Positions 62,001-64,000 of a stretch of 64,000 nt of DNA are shown here, piece by piece; positions within the stretch are counted from its first letter, which is position 1; every line of letters starts with the position of its first letter. Origin of the DNA: Lingula anatina. Its lineage: Eukaryota; Animalia; Brachiopoda. The position numbers and the translations under genes are program-made. The DNA lies in assembly GCA_051362555.1 (NCBI GenBank), contig CM120640.1, positions 36,103,967-36,167,966 on the forward strand, read 5' to 3'. The notes beneath the pieces are model-generated. The model saw nothing but the letters and a program-made list of their open reading frames with translations, ran no database searches and was not told the DNA's origin.

Positions 62001-63338
62001 ATCCTGCTAGTACAATAACTTCAGTTCTGAACACAGCCTTAGTGTGCAGTTCCAGCTACAATTGTTAGCTGTACTCACTATAGCAGAAACTTTATCATTT
62101 AGCCTAATCAAAACTTCTCTGTTATAATTTGAACTTTTCTTATCATTATCTGTAGCAAATCGTCATTTATGGTTATAGTTATAGTTCATGATTCAGCGTC
62201 AGTTGTGTATAAACTAATCCGAGAAAAAAAAATAATACTACAGATAGAATCAACAAGAAAAATAATTGGTTTCATTGTACATCTGATATTTATCATTTTG
62301 GACCTGTATTTCAGATATATTTGCCAACAGGAGGTTATGTATATGCCAGGTCATATTATTACATAGATGACTATTACATGAATATCCACATACACCCAGG
62401 ATCTAGGGATGTAGAATCTACTGTGGGACTCTGTGGAACTCTAAATGGAATCAAAAATGATGATTTTCTACGACCTGATGGTACAGTAGACTCTATCTCA
62501 AGGCACCCCAATGAATTCTCACTTTCATGGAGGTGAGGCATGTTTCACACTTTGGCGAGCAAAATCAGTAAACCCAGGGTATTCTAGCTATTACATATGT
62601 ATCAACAATATAACAGACTTGTCTTCATTGAACAAACAGCTTTTAAGCCTTACTTAGTTTTATTCATATGACCTCATTGCTGCTAGAGGTGTGTCATTTA
62701 GTTAATGTGATTGCATTCAGGGAATCAGTCTTAGTTGAATGATCATTACATTGGGAAGAACTAGCACTCTCAACTCACTCCTAACACACTGTATCTTGCT
62801 TTAAAGCAAAGCAGCTGTGAAGGATTACGGTACATAATTACAAGATGTTCTTTATCATATAAGGCCAAAACTATTCCTTAAACTATTCCTTGTTATAAAC
62901 ATGGTACTTGTGGTATGTTATGTTATGAAAGACGATATTTGTCACAATTTCTTATAAGTTATTTATCATTATGCTAAAATTTTTCTTTTATAATTATTAT
63001 CTATGATCAATGAATAAATAGATATGTATTTCAAAAAATCTCAAAATTTCAGAGTGTCAAATGCCTCGGATTCAATGTATAATGGCATCCCAGCATCTGC
63101 CAATGTGGCTTCCATTCAAGGAGAGTATTGCAGATGCCCCAACATGGGTGACCAGATTGTGTTTAACAGTACCCTTCCTGTGGATTGTAGCTACACCGAG
63201 AATGTGGCAAAGTGTGCTTCAGACAACAGTTACTCAGAGAAACAACTAGCAAAATGTCGAAGAAGAAGGGCAGCTGCTGGTCATGATGAAATATTCGAGA
63301 TACGTAAATTTGAATATAACCCAGATGACAGATTAGAG
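46545..63338 (+). CDS. Secreted multidomain protein SP-C-type lectin-somatomedin B-D8C(UMOD/GP2/OIT3-like)-Ig-like-VWD (VWDE-like); continues beyond the window
   Basis: Exons 46545-46623, 48455-48613, 49275-49637, 49886-50092, 51824-51988, 52319-52381, 52956-53233, 54203-54301, 54793-55191, 55542-55627, 61046-61109, 61408-61626, 62315-62532, 63053-63338. CTL W..GQPE...WHDC; SMB CFCDEHC....DCCEDY; D8C GWFRF...CGT.NPIWLNG...IKNC..YNVYHL...RYC; VWD C...SDPHMVTFDG...GLCGTLNG...DDF; RRRR furin-like site. Confidence 0.9.
50575..50792. repeat. Inverted triplication giving a perfect 76-bp palindrome with a (GAT)n spacer
   Basis: 50610-50685 is the exact reverse complement of 50717-50792. The spacer is GATGAT..., and an extra direct 36-bp copy lies at 50575-50610. 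Only a single copy exists at ~37389-37465 in unit 1. Confidence 0.95.
55725..57160 (+). repeat. ~160-165-bp satellite array within a Helitron/Helentron-like element
   Basis: Units start at ~56212, 56372, 56533, 56696, 56861 and 57022, with a degenerate block from ~55782. They are preceded by the 12-bp-arm palindrome ATGTACAGACAC-AGAT-GTGTCTGTACAT (56121-56148) and a (GTCGCC)n microsatellite. Confidence 0.9.
59047..59090 (+). mobile_element. Helitron-type 3' terminus
   Basis: Hairpin GCACTC-TCG-GAGTGC (59066-59080) followed by CTAG (59085-88) and a T-run. Which 5' end it pairs with is uncertain. Confidence 0.7.
60233..60584. mobile_element. 352-bp MITE with 14-bp TIR and 6-bp TSD
   Basis: CAGACATGCTGAAA...TTTCAGCATGTCTG flanked by TCAAGG on both sides (60227-32 and 60585-90). 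The paralogous empty site is at ~57575-57590. Confidence 0.88.
61764..62038. mobile_element. Fold-back MITE, Harbinger-like (TAA/TTA flanks)
   Basis: Outer inverted arms GGCTGTGTT...TACTAGCAGGAT / ATCCTGCTAGTA...AACACAGCC, plus inner arms TAGGGCGCA...TGTAATCAG / CTGATTACA...TGCGCCCTA. Confidence 0.8.
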
Positions 63339-64000
63339 GTGAGATGCTTTTTAACATTAATAACATAATGAGTGAAAACACAGTTTTTGAGCTGAAAATT
63401 TGCCATTGTTGTATTCAAGCTACATTGCAAATAAAGTTGACAAAACTGCAATACTGCTTCCAAAAATATATTGTAGGCATATCAATAAGTTATACGTTTT
63501 AACCATCATGTTATGTTACAAAAGTATCAAAAGGTAGAAATAAAGATTTTTGGATGGATATTTTGAAACATAAACAAGATGGCCACCTATGCATCTGCTT
63601 GAAATTTGTTAACATACATGTACTGAGTAGTCCTTTCCATGGCCACAAGTTTATAAATGCTTATTAGGATATAAAGACTTTTATCTTATACTAGTACTAC
63701 TAGCATGAGCATTTGTAATGAAGTTGAAATATTTTTCTTGAAATTTTTATCTCCTGACTCCACTTCAGGAGATTGGTGAGAAACTGAATACTTAATAGGG
63801 AGACCTTAATGGCATATCAGTTCAAATTTACACATTTACACATAACAATGAATTTAAAAGTTCTTGCCTGTTTCTGAGAACCTTATCCAACATCATATAC
63901 TTTTCACTCTGCTCTTCTCGCGTTTTAATATATTTTAAACGCATTTTAATTTGCAACCTCAAGTCACGCAAGTGAACACACATCATCTCTCATTGTTTAC

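Overview
AT-rich, intron-rich animal genomic DNA. The repeat types and the VWDE-like gene suggest an oyster-like bivalve; this is an inference. Spliced genes were built by hand from splice signals. In order: a 16+-exon ankyrin-repeat gene (-, runs off the left edge), an Ig-LDLa-TM-PPxY receptor-like gene (-), a CYTH/CyaB-like gene (-) head-to-head with Suv4-20/KMT5B (+), Caprin (+), and a secreted C-type lectin-SMB-D8C-VWD (VWDE-like) gene (+, runs off the right edge). Two observations stand out. (1) Three near-identical intronic copies of a candidate box C/D snoRNA, plus one decayed copy, lie in the ankyrin gene. They carry compensatory non-canonical C/D boxes (AUGAUUA/AUGA) and a conserved guide complementary to the 28S rRNA GTPase-associated centre. 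(2) A ~10 kb tandem duplication (30158-39956 vs 40069-53314) places seven intact 5' exons of the VWDE-like gene in front of a second copy of the Caprin terminal exon. This predicts a chimeric secreted protein with a frame-shifted 62-aa tail, and the SMB domain is strongly diverged between the two copies. Several MITEs with TSDs, a satellite-carrying TA-TSD transposon, Helitron/Helentron-like satellite elements and a perfect 76-bp intronic palindrome are also visible.
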